Sequence record: MK250029.1
Length of the DNA stretch: 64,000 nucleotides
Direction: 5' to 3' (one strand)
The notes under the pieces were generated by a model. That model saw only the letters and a program-made list of their open reading frames with translations. It searched no databases and was not told the origin of the DNA. This document shows positions 21,839 through 32,065 of this stretch, piece after piece; position 1 is the stretch's first letter; every line of letters starts with the position of its first letter. The translations under genes and the position numbers were made by a program.

Positions 21839-22105
21839 TTATTCTAAATTAATTTGCTTAAATATTAAATAATTCTCTAAATCTATAAGAGTCTGTAACG
21901 ATTCATCAAAGTATTGATGATCATAATTTTCATCATTTCTTGCATGCAAATCTATTAAAGCTTCATGAAATCTTGAATCCGGATATTTCTCAAAATACTT
22001 CTTCAAAATTTCCAAAATTTTCATATTACTTTCATAACGTTTACTTCTGTAATATTCAAACATCTTCTGCTCTGACTCATTTCTTTTTATATCATTCTCT
22101 ACCAT
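21839..22105 (-). CDS. Hypothetical protein
   Basis: 88-aa ORF. Confidence 0.5.
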   Translation of the reverse strand: MVENDIKRNESEQKMFEYYRSKRYESNMKILEILKKYFEKYPDSRFHEALIDLHARNDENYDHQYFDESLQTLIDLENYLIFKQINLE

Positions 22106-22134
22106 AATTATAATTTATAAAATTAAATTATTAG

Positions 22135-22998
22135 TTATATACTTATATCTTTTATTTCTCTATCTAATGATATACATTTAGGATCTATATTTTCATATGT
22201 AAAAACACTATTCTATCCTTTTGGATCATCAAAGAATCTATACATAGTTGCTTTATTTCCTTCAATATAAGAACCTCTTGTTTTTAAATCTATCTTTAAT
22301 ATTACTGCATTATTTATATTTTGTTTATTCTTAAATAAATCTTTTGCATAACTTTCCAATTTATTATAATTATATTTTAAATAAAAATAAACTCTATCTG
22401 GATAATTATCACCATTAAATTGTTTAGATCTCGGTATTAACCCATTTTTCTATATTTTCTAATATGTTTTATAATCAGTTATATGGTATAAAATACCATC
22501 ACATTCCTTATATACATAATCAGTTAATTCATATATAAATTTTGGATGTAACATAAATACATAGTTATCATTCTATCGTTCTTTTACCGCAATAAAATAT
22601 CCTAAATTATAAATAATAGATTCTAGATTTATTAATGCATCTTTATTATATTCATCATCATAATCATCACAATATATATAAAAATATAATAATGGCGTTT
22701 TATCTTTCTATAATGGATTATAATCAATTCCAGCATGATGAATAAAACCATCAAAATATTTTTTTAGTTTAGATAATGCTTTATTCGGATCCATTGTATG
22801 TAATAAACCTTCATACAAATAATTTTGTTCACATTTTTTTAAGTAACTATATTGACATGTATCTTCTATACCATATTTTAGTTGATTATATGGCTAAAAC
22901 CATATATTATCTTTTGAATATTCTCTTAATGCATTATCATAATAATTAAATTTCATTTCAAATAAGGTTTTACCTATCAATCTATCATAACTATCCAT
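22135..22998 (-). CDS. Protein with C-terminal ADP-ribosyltransferase/Tpt1(KptA)-like domain (287 aa, code 15)
   Basis: ATG 22998 to TAA 22135, open only with TAG=Gln. LYHIT...IQKNGLIPRSK...YPDRVYF...VILKIDL...TYENIDP pattern. Confidence 0.5.
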
Positions 22999-22999
22999 A

Positions 23000-23989
23000 T
23001 TATTTGTGAAATTTATTATATATTATTTTCTATATATTCTACTTGAACTTCTTATAATTAGTCTATAATTCAAATATCATCGCTTGAAATTTATCTTTAT
23101 CATCCTATGTATATTCAGAAAATCTAGGTCTATAATCAAAATGATATTCGTTAATCTTATATTTTACTAAATGATATTTATAACATGAATAATTAAATAT
23201 TTCCATAGGACCAAAATTATTTGAAACATATATAGTTCTTAACATATTAATATATTTTTTCATTTCTGATAATAATGTTATATCATTCAATGAATCAATA
23301 TCTTCATCTTCAGATTTAACATGTTCATATACAGCATTTAATCTTGCACGCTCTTCCGATTTATTAAATATATAACATAATCTCTAACTTTTTTCAAAAT
23401 ACATATTATCCCATATAAATGGATTCGTTTCATCATCCGGTAATCTATTTTTCTCTGATTTTAAAACGTCTTTATCTTCCAATGCATACATTTCTCTTAT
23501 ATGTAAAAATTCATGCTTACATGAATCTCGCAATAACTATATATTATTCTATATCATATATGAATTTAGATAAATAACTATTTCATTATCATCTTTATCT
23601 TCACTTTTTATATATGAATAAGAAGTTGATTTTATATCATTTAATATATAAACATATATAGGATATTTTATATTTTCATTATCTACTTTTTTACATAAAG
23701 AATTTTTAATATTATAGTTATATCCTGTATATACTTTTATATCTCTACTTATATCTATATTATCTTTATAAATATCTTCTATAACATCTATAACTTCATC
23801 AAATACATCACTTATATGGTATTCTTCATTTATGATATTAAGCATGTCGTCATCATCATTATATTGATATTGTAATCTTCTTTCATACGACCAATTAAAA
23901 TTACCACGTAAATGTCTATAATTATTTTCATATAATTTTTTTTCATTATGAAAATAATATTCAACTAATTCCTTTACATATTTGTTCAT
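23000..23989 (-). CDS. HExxH metalloprotease-like protein (329 aa, code 15)
   Basis: Listed 23549..23989 and 23105..23290 are one frame joined via TAG. KHEFLH plus downstream EERARLNA. Confidence 0.55.
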
Positions 23990-24075
23990 ATTAAAACAAA
24001 ATTAATTTCAATATTTATAAAAAATAAAATAAGTTATAAAATTACAGGATAATTTTATAACTTATTGATAATTAG

Positions 24076-24165
24076 AGGAAGAAGTGGGATTCGAACCCAC
24101 GAACCGATATTAAACGATTTCGGGTTTTCAAGACCCGCGCATTCGACCAGCTCTGCCATCCTTCC
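24076..24165 (-). tRNA. tRNA-Ser(TGA)
   Basis: GGAAGGA/TTCTTCC; CGGGT-CT TGA AA-ACCCG; long variable arm; GGTTCGAATCC. Confidence 0.92.
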
Positions 24166-24307
24166 AAATAAAAAATTAGGATTTATATTCTGTGAGAATC
24201 CTTTAACTCAATACCAATACGATGGTCTCCAAGACTTTCCATTAAATAAATTTAATGTTCTTGTAGTTACGATTCTATATCATAGTAATATAGACTATTA
24301 ATAATTG

Positions 24308-24378
24308 TTGCAACTAACGGAATCGAACCGCTTACTCTCTCGCATGATGAGAATGTGTTGCCATTACACCAAGATGCA
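24308..24378 (-). tRNA. tRNA(CAT), atypical (A32, acceptor mismatch)
   Basis: TGCATCT/AGTTGCA; TTCTC-AT CAT GC-GAGAG; GGTTCGATTCC. Confidence 0.6.
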
Positions 24379-24500
24379 TGCAGAGTTTTATCGACCGCTT
24401 ATTATCTCTGTCATTCATATTTCCCCATTTATAATATTACTTTATAGATACACAATCGCGAACAGTTATCTATATTCATAAAATAAACGTATCATACTAG

Positions 24501-24574
24501 TTGCGCACTCCTGAACTCGAATCAGGGACCTCCAGGTTATGAGCCTGGCGAGCTACCAACTGCTCCAAGGCGCG
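24501..24574 (-). tRNA. Initiator-like tRNA-fMet(CAT)
   Basis: CGCG start with C1 mismatch; GAGCAGTTGGTAGCTC D-arm; CCAGG-CT CAT AA-CCTGG. Confidence 0.8.
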
Positions 24575-24918
24575 ATATATAAAAACATAAAAATAATAAT
24601 GAATTCATAGATGGATTCCTGACTACCATCAAACCTCATTACATATTAAGCACATTATTCAGTCACTACAAGTTAGTTCATGACGCTAACTTTTTATGTA
24701 GGAAGGATTGATTACCTTCAAAGGCTACAGACATCATTCCATTAAAACGATTTGACCTTTCTTACGTCACTCACAGTTGGCCAACTGTGGTTATTTTAAC
24801 CTTATGCTTCTTAATATTGATTACTCTAAATCATATCTTTTCAGATATAACCTAAATGCCTTATTTACTGTCCACAAATTATTCAGCAATATAAAAACAT
24901 TATTAAGTTATGTTATTG

Positions 24919-24990
24919 AGCTCCGAGTCGGATTCGAACCAACGACCTGCTCATTACAAGTGAGCTGCACTACCACTGTGCTATCGGAGC
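24919..24990 (-). tRNA. tRNA-Thr(TGT)
   Basis: GCTCCGA/TCGGAGC; GCTCA-CT TGT AA-TGAGC. Confidence 0.93.
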
Positions 24991-25070
24991 ATAAATTTTA
25001 TTAACTTATTATTTATCTAATTTACTTTAAAAATTAATAATAAATCAAAAAAATATTTCATAATTATTTG

Positions 25071-25151
25071 TACCTTCACTCGGACTCGAACCGAGACGTA
25101 ATTAAACCTAGCTCCTTAGGCTAGTGACTATACCAATTCGTCTATGAAGGT
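25071..25151 (-). tRNA. tRNA-Leu(AAG), A34 anticodon
   Basis: ACCTTCA/TGAAGGT; CTAGC-CT AAG GA-GCTAG; class II arm; A73. Confidence 0.88.
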
Positions 25152-25226
25152 ATTAAAATTAGTTTCATAAAGAAACTTTTTATTTAATAACGTAAATTTA
25201 AAATAATTTATTTTTAACTATTTTAG

Positions 25227-25300
25227 TAGTGCGTACCGGGATCGAACCGGTGAAATACCAGCGTGAAAAACTGGCGACTTAACCACTTGTCAAACGCACC
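25227..25300 (-). tRNA. tRNA-Glu(TTC)
   Basis: GGTGCGT/ACGCACT; CCAGT-TT TTC AC-GCTGG. Confidence 0.92.
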
Positions 25301-25383
25301 AAATTTTTTTAAAATACATTATATTATATATAACTTTTTAAATAAAGTCTATATATTTATTAAAAATATTTTCAAAATATTTG

Positions 25384-25487
25384 TGGGAACAACAGGATTC
25401 GAACACTGTGACGTAAGATCATTTCAACCGGTTTGTAAATACAACCCACTTACCATGGGTCTCTCACACCAACGAGAAGGTATTCCC
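25384..25487 (-). ncRNA. Aberrant tRNA-like RNA (104 nt)
   Basis: GGGAATA/TGTTCCC acceptor, TCTCG/TGAGA stem, ACCCA-TGGTAAG-TGGGT hairpin (G at position 33), very long variable region, bulged T-arm with TTCGAAT. Confidence 0.5.
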
Positions 25488-25492
25488 AAATA

Positions 25493-26143
25493 TTATAATT
25501 TATTTATATATTCCTTTAATTCTTTCGCTTTATATGGTAATTCATATTTTTTACACCATTTCTTTATAGCATTACCAGAAATACCATATAATCTTCCAAT
25601 ATTTTCAAATGTAATATATTTCCTAAATAATTCTATTAACTCTTCTTTTGAAGGAATAATATAATTTTTATTGGTTTTTATATTATCAGATATTTTATTA
25701 TACTAACTAATTATAGAATTGTCTTTAAATTTATATATTAAATTATTAACAGCATTATCATCTTTTATAATTTCTGTTGGACATTCTAGTAAATTACTAT
25801 GTATTTCTCGATGACAATTAGAACATACTAATACACATTTATCTAATTCAGTTTTTACTTTATTCCAACTTCTAGTATAACCTCTACTTCCTATTGCAAA
25901 ATCTTTCTATTCAGGATTAATATGATGAAATTCTAATGCTGAAATACATTTATTATAACCACAACATTGACATCTATTCCCTTTATATGCTAATGCTAAT
26001 AGTTTTATATGATCTCTTCGTTTCTAAACATATTCAGACTAACATTTCATGCATTTCCAATGAATTGAATTATCATAAAAATACTATTTAAATAAAGTAT
26101 TCCCATGCTTTTTGCATATACGATATTCTTTTATATCACTCAT
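25493..26143 (-). CDS. HNH homing endonuclease with C-terminal HTH (216 aa, code 15)
   Basis: CQCCGY...ALEFHHINP...CVLVCSNCHREIH; 5 TAG. Confidence 0.8.
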
Positions 26144-26147
26144 ATTG

Positions 26148-26221
26148 CGCTTCGGAATGGACTCGAACCATTGACTTTCTGATTAACAGTCAGACGTTCT
26201 AACCAACTGAACTACCGAAGC
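26148..26221 (-). tRNA. tRNA-Asn(GTT)
   Basis: GCTTCGG/CCGAAGC; TCTGA-CT GTT AA-TCAGA; G73. Confidence 0.94.
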
Positions 26222-26625
26222 AAATATTGAATAGTTTATCTTCGGACACTATTCATAATTATTAAAATTCAGTCATATACTTACCGAGAATTATATATGC
26301 ACTATATCATGAAAGTTTATTCATAATGGCACTACTTATCATGATTAAAACCATATTCAACTTTGGTAACTAATATTCATATAGGAAAAATATCTTACCA
26401 TCTCATCTTAAATATATGGTTGAATAACATATATTCATAATTATTTTTTAGAACCTATATTAAAATCAAAAAATGCATATCATTATTATAAGAAATAATT
26501 AAAACTTATAATAAAGTCTCGAGCTATGCGCAATATCTTTATAAAAAATGTAAATATAAAACAGATAATACTGAATAACATATACATTTTATAACTGTTT
26601 CATACATTTATAACCATTGTAATTG

Positions 26626-26713
26626 TGATCCCACCAGGACTCGAACCTGGAAGTCCTTTTACGGAACACAGTTTAGAAGACTGTTGAGGTCATCCATTAC
26701 TCTTTATGGGACC
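26626..26713 (-). tRNA. tRNA-Arg(TCT) with long variable arm
   Basis: GGTCCCA/TGGGATC; ACAGT-CT TCT AA-ACTGT; 17-nt variable region GTTCCGTAAAAGGACTT. Confidence 0.8.
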
Positions 26714-26745
26714 TAAATATCAACATAGATATGTTAAATAAGTTG

Positions 26746-26819
26746 CGGTACGTACGAGATTCGAACTCGTGACTTCTACAGTGACAGTGTAGCGCTCTGA
26801 CCAACTGAACTAACGCACC
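26746..26819 (-). tRNA. tRNA-Asp(GTC)
   Basis: GGTGCGT/ACGTACC; CTACA-CT GTC AC-TGTAG; G73. Confidence 0.94.
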
Positions 26820-26822
26820 AAA

Positions 26823-27467
26823 TTAAATATTTTTATTTAAATATTGTTCAATTTTTTCTTTATTATTTTCATACCATCCTAACTATCTATTACATACAGA
26901 ACATAATAAACCTCTAAATTTTAATGTTTCATGATTATGATCAATACATAAATGCTTAGGTGCACTTTTTGATTTCCACTTTACACAATCATCTATTGTT
27001 CTTCCACAAATTTCACATGTTTTATGTTCTTCTCTATATTTTTCTAATTCATATTTAGTAATATCTAATATATCTCCATTTCGCATTTTTACTTTATCTG
27101 TAAACTATTTTGATATATATACCGGTTTATTACCATTATTACAAATAGAATTATATCTATTAGGATTTTCTTTACAATACATCATATGATATTTAAGGCC
27201 ATATTCAGTATATTCTTTACCACAAAATTCACATTTTACAAGTTTCTAATTACTAAAACGACCATCCTAATCTTCTTTAAATTTAATAGAATTTTTTAAA
27301 CTAGTAGATATTTTATCTTTCGTTTCTTGCGTCACTATATGAGAATTTGCACATGAACGAGAACAATATTTTTTATATTTTCCTTTTTGATAATTATTTT
27401 CTGTACATTCTATCTCAAACTATTTTCCACATTTTTTACATTCTATTACATATTTTTTTAATTCCAT
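26823..27467 (-). CDS. Endonuclease VII-type His-Me finger homing endonuclease (214 aa, code 15)
   Basis: N-terminal Zn-finger repeats (CKKCG, CSRSCAN, CEFCG); C-term CEICG...LCIDHNHETLKFRGLLCSVCN. Confidence 0.78.
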
Positions 27468-27708
27468 AAAAGATTCACTATTTTTTCAGAAGTCATTTAT
27501 ATATTAAGTATTTGAGTTATTAAATATATTCCAAAAATATATTAATCACTTTGTAAACATTATTATTATAAAAATAAGTTTGCTGTATTGACTTCCATAT
27601 TCATAAACAAATCTCATTAAACACTTACATTTCTTACTAATAAAAGTCTCATTGTAAGTCAAATACTTCAATTATTATTTATGAATTATTATATTATTTA
27701 AATTTGTG

Positions 27709-27783
27709 TGGGCCCAGTAGGACTTGAACCTACGACCTTCAGATTATGAGTCTGCTGCTGCTAACCGTCTGAGCTATAGGCCC
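27709..27783 (-). tRNA. tRNA-Ile2/Met(CAT)
   Basis: GGGCCTA/TGGGCCC; GCAGA-CT CAT AA-TCTGA; A73. Confidence 0.88.
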
Positions 27784-27850
27784 AAATAATATATTTTTAT
27801 ATTATGTAATTAAAATATCTATATTATTAATATTAAAATTTAATTTATAG

Positions 27851-27923
27851 TGTTCCGTACGAGACTCGAACTCGTTACCCCGATATTAAAAGTATCGTGC
27901 TCTGCCAGATGAGCTAACGGAAC
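27851..27923 (-). tRNA. tRNA-Lys(TTT)
   Basis: GTTCCGT/ACGGAAC; CGATA-CT TTT AA-TATCG. Confidence 0.93.
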
Positions 27924-27933
27924 CGCATATTAA

Positions 27934-28752
27934 TTACATAACCTAATATAATTTATCTAATCGTTCATTATATCTCCAAAATTGACAATGTAATTTATTT
28001 ATAATATTATTCTAACGAATTATATCTTTATCTGATAAAATATTATTATATACATCTTTATAATGTTTAGGTTCATCATATTCAAATACAATATTTTTTT
28101 CTTTATCATATCCATCAAGAAAATAACCTAAAATCTCACATTCACCACCATTTCCGTAATACTATAAATTCCAGTTATTTTCTTTATTTAATTTTTCTAT
28201 ATATTCTCCAGAATTTTTATTAAATCGTGGATTGTGAAATCCTTTATTCTTTTTCAAATATTCAATTGCACCTAATCGCTATTTATATTTATGATCTTCT
28301 GTATGATGTGTACCTAAATTATAGGGTATATTTTTACCAGACATATAATTCTATCTAATTGTAATTGATTGCTATTTTACGCTATCACTTGTTTTTATAG
28401 TTAAACCTTTATTCCATGCAATATGTCCTTTTGTTGCTCCATTATTGCCATGATGTATTTCTCTATTAGGATTCATATGACAATATCTTTCATGATATTT
28501 TATACCATAAATTGAATATAAATTATTACAAAACTAACAATTAACTTTCTAACAATTAATTTTCTTTATCTTAAAATCTTTCTATTTAAACTATAAATCA
28601 ATATTATATTTTTCAACTATTATTTTTAAATAATTTATATTTCCTGAATTCTAATAACAATTTAACTATCGCAAACAATCATTATATGATGTACAATTAT
28701 TTAATTTCTAAATAATTTCATTATCACTAATCTATTTAATATTATTTTTCAT
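27934..28752 (-). CDS. Homing-type endonuclease, C-terminal PD-(D/E)XK/Vsr-like domain (272 aa, code 15)
   Basis: Over 10 in-frame TAG. AWNKGLT and LGTHHTE NUMOD-like repeats; YFLDGYDKEKNIVFEYDEPKH. Confidence 0.7.
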
Positions 28753-28837
28753 GTTTTCAAAGAACTAAATACATAATATTATATGTAAAACTTAAAATAA
28801 AGTCTATTTTTAATAGATTATTTTTTAAATTATTTTG

Positions 28838-28911
28838 TTGGGTGAGTGAGACTTGAACTCACGACCTCTTGCTTATCAGGCAAGCTATCTAACCAGCTGA
28901 TATACCACCCA
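28838..28911 (-). tRNA. tRNA-Ile(GAT)
   Basis: TGGGTGG/TCACCCA; CTTGC-CT GAT AA-GCAAG. Confidence 0.92.
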
Positions 28912-28916
28912 AAATT

Positions 28917-29179
28917 AAAACAAGTAGATTTACGAGACACAGCTTCTTCACCCTTTATAAAGGAAACTCGCTATTAGGCACTTGCGCTGTTTTACGAAGT
29001 TGTTGTGTGTCAACTTATGGCTTCTCACGAAATTTGCTGCTCTTCACATCTATGATCGAAATCAAACCAATTCTTTTCAATAATTGACCTGTAACCCTTA
29101 TCAGTTCTTCAGTATATAACATAAGCTAGCATTACTATACACTTACTCATTATTATAATCAGAAGTCTATACTTGTTTT
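28917..29179 (-). ncRNA. Candidate structured ncRNA (~260 nt) between tRNAs
   Basis: Closing stem AAAACAAGTA/TACTTGTTTT; GC-rich interior with no credible ORF. Confidence 0.35.
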
Positions 29180-29182
29180 TAG

Positions 29183-29265
29183 TAGAGATAAAGGGACTCG
29201 AACCCTTACACTTCAACAGTATATGCTCCTAAGGCATACGTGGCTACCAATTACACCATATCTCT
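29183..29265 (-). tRNA. tRNA-Leu(TAG)
   Basis: AGAGATA/TATCTCT; TATGC-CT TAG GA-GCATA; class II arm. Confidence 0.92.
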
Positions 29266-29271
29266 AAAATG

Positions 29272-29425
29272 TGGACCCTCGTGGAATCGAACCACGACCT
29301 CTGGATTGTCTCTATAAATGGGATCGAACCATTAATAATAACCATTAATATTATAGAGATTGATTTAATACAGTTTACTCTGTTAATTCAGTCCAGCGTA
29401 CAGGCACCAGCCATACGCAAGGTCC
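29272..29425 (-). tRNA. tRNA-Phe(GAA) interrupted by a ~79-nt anticodon-loop intron (29308..29386) containing a tRNA-like module
   Basis: GGACCTT/AGGGTCC; CTGGA-CT GAA [intron] AA-TCCAG; CGTGG-TTCGATT-CCACG. Removing the intron leaves 75 nt. An alternative junction would give GAC (Val). Confidence 0.75.
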
Positions 29426-29434
29426 ATTTATGTG

Positions 29435-29514
29435 TTGCGGGTCTTAGAGTCGCACTAAGTATCGCATAGCTTATGAGACTAGCATGATTTATATATCTGT
29501 TTCACTCCCCCGCA
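29435..29514 (-). tRNA. tRNA-Met(CAT), atypical
   Basis: TGCGGGG/ACCCGCA; CTAGT-CT CAT AA-GCTAT; long D-loop; T-loop TGCGACT. Confidence 0.7.
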
Positions 29515-30415
29515 ATATTATATTGTTATTTTTTAAATAATTTATAAAAATATTAAACTATTCATTTACAAATGCTTTATTATATTTTCCCATATCTTTT
29601 ATTACATATGGTATCCATCCACATTTTTTTATTTCATTTATTTTTATATTATCTCTATTCTATACTTGTTTTACTGAATGCTATTTTTTTATTTGCTCAT
29701 AATGCCATTTACCATTCCATAAAATTGCATATTTTATTTTTGGTAAAATTATATCTGCATCCCAACCATTAAAAATTGGTTTATTATGAAAAACATTTTC
29801 TATATTAAAAAAATTTTCGCATAATGTACAAAATAATTTTTCATTTTTTGAACGACGCTATTCACTTTGAATATTGCAACTATGCTTACCGCCATTAGAT
29901 ATTTTTTTAAGTGCATCTTGTGATAAAAAATCTCGAAAATGTAACTAATAATATTCTCTACATTTTTCTGAACACATTTTTCTTGTGCATCCTATAATAT
30001 CTTTAAAATAAAAATACTATTTATTACAAACTATACATGTATATAATTTTCTATTAGAATTATGATTCTTTTTAACACTAATAGATGTTTTCTTTTTTGA
30101 TTCTTCTGACCGCGGAGCTCTATGTAAATTTCCATATGCAGTAGCACATTGTTTATTACAAAATCTACCTGAGCCGTAAGAACCATCTATTACTTTACCA
30201 CAATTTTCACAATATAAAATTTTACTTTCTTCTAATTGTTTCTGTTGTAATAAATATTCATTCTTTATCTTATTATAATCGATATTTCTTTTCTATAATA
30301 ATCGTCTAAATGTATTATTAGTTAAATTATATTTTTTATCTACATATCTTAATGAATAATTACAATCCTTATATATCTATATTAATTCATTATTTGTTAA
30401 TCCTTTAATATTCAT
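29489..30415 (-). CDS. Homing-type endonuclease, PD-(D/E)XK-like (308 aa, code 15)
   Basis: CENCG..GSYGSGRFCNKQCA Zn finger; GWDADIILPKIKYAILWNGKWH. The 3' end overlaps the adjacent tRNA by ~26 nt. Confidence 0.7.
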
Positions 30416-30754
30416 AACTAAATTAATTAATAATTTATTGGACTAAAAACATACTCAAATAGTTACAAAAACTATTATGTTAATAATCTATTTAAATAAT
30501 AGGTAATTTTCACTGGTTATATTTAAACTATTCCATTGTCCTCAGCTATCTAACGTTCTTTTTCTTTCTAACCCAAATGATTAATTTTAAGGTAATTACG
30601 CTATTTAATAGCGTCACTGAGAGTTGTTTAGAACCTATACTTTATTTGTCAGATTTAGAGATTCGAACTCCTTAGACTTATTCCCGCGCGTCCTATTCAT
30701 CAATCTACCCATCTGTAGAAATACAGTTCCCACACTGTAAGTCACCTGTAATTG

Positions 30755-30825
30755 TTGGACTAGTAGGACTCGAACCTACTCAAATAGCGTCAAAGGCTAT
30801 TGTGCTGCCATTACACCATAGTCCA
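30755..30825 (-). tRNA. tRNA-Gln(TTG)
   Basis: TGGACTA/TAGTCCA; ATAGC-CT TTG AC-GCTAT. Confidence 0.93.
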
Positions 30826-30842
30826 GTATTTATATCACATAG

Positions 30843-31079
30843 CGGTTGTAATTGGATTCGAACCAATAATCTACCCACGACCTTGGGTCATTCTACGAGT
30901 AAACGATAATTTTTTTATTCATTATAAGCAAATAATTATAAAATCAATAACGGTATAAGAGCTTAAGATTAATACCATTCGATCCGCAAACATCTCATAT
31001 TAATTATTATAATATTCGAAATAAATATTCATTTTAATTACCAGTTTTAACTACTCCACCTGTTTTGAACTATACAACC
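30843..31079 (-). ncRNA. tRNA-like RNA (237 nt) with ~155-nt insertion in the D-loop
   Basis: GGTTGTA/TACAACC-G; GTTC..GAAT D-stem split by an insert closed by GAGTA/TACTC; ACCCA-AGGTCG-TGGGT (6-nt loop); ATTGG-TTCGAAT-CCAAT. Confidence 0.55.
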
Positions 31080-31219
31080 ATATTATTAAAAATAGACGTT
31101 CCTATCTGATTTGCACAGCACCCTATACCATAATGATATAGATTCTAACTATTAAACTATCAGAACATTAAATATACTTAATAACTAGTATATAAAAATA
31201 TATCCTCTATTTTTATTTC

Positions 31220-31630
31220 TTAATTTGATGGATGATAATAATCTTTCCAATTATTAAATGTATTCTTTATTGATAAATTTTGTAAATATTCAACAGAATA
31301 ACATTTATTAGTATGTATTATTCTATGATGATTTGGACATACAATAATTAAATTTGAAACATTATCAGTTCCACCATTACATTTCTCAATTATATGATGA
31401 ATATCACATGTTGATTCATTCCAACCACATATTGCACAACCTATTTTAGAACGATTTAAAATCTTTGATATTGTTCTTTTTGAACAATCTAATATAGAAT
31501 TTATTTCTTGTTCTTTTGAATGTTTTCTATGTTGTTTACATTCATCACATCTTATATGCCTATCTTTACGGATTGCCTTATTAGTTAAAAAAGATTTTCC
31601 ACATATTTCACATATATACTAATATTCCAT
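31220..31630 (-). CDS. HNH endonuclease (136 aa, code 15)
   Basis: CAICGW...CDIHHIIEKCNGGTDNVSNLIIVCPNHHRIIH; TAG at codon 4. Confidence 0.85.
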
Positions 31631-31637
31631 AATAATG

Positions 31638-31720
31638 TGGGTGAGGCAGGACTCGAACCTGCGAAGTCAAATGACAGCTGATTTACAGTCAGCCCCCTTT
31701 GCCACTCGGGACACTCACCC
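31638..31720 (-). tRNA. tRNA-Tyr(GTA)
   Basis: GGGTGAG/CTCACCC; GCTGA-CT GTA AA-TCAGC; class II arm. Confidence 0.95.
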
Positions 31721-32065
31721 AAATTAATGAAATATTTCGAAGAAATTGCATCTTCTAATAATCTTACAGCTTACCTTTTAGGTTTTTTAATAGCATGCCT
31801 GTTACTTCACAGGAACAAAATATTTCATTAAAAATTACCCGAAACATTCAATGTCGTCACAGTCACATCTATAGGATTTAAAAATAGATTCTAACCAGAA
31901 AGAGTTTGCTCTACATCATCAGATTTATTTTATATTTAGACTTAATAATAAATCCTACATACTTACCATATAACTCTTTTATTTAATAGTCATATAAATA
32001 CACTGCCTAATAATATAAGTATACAACTATTACTGTAATGTTTCACACAAGACGTTCCTTTTATA

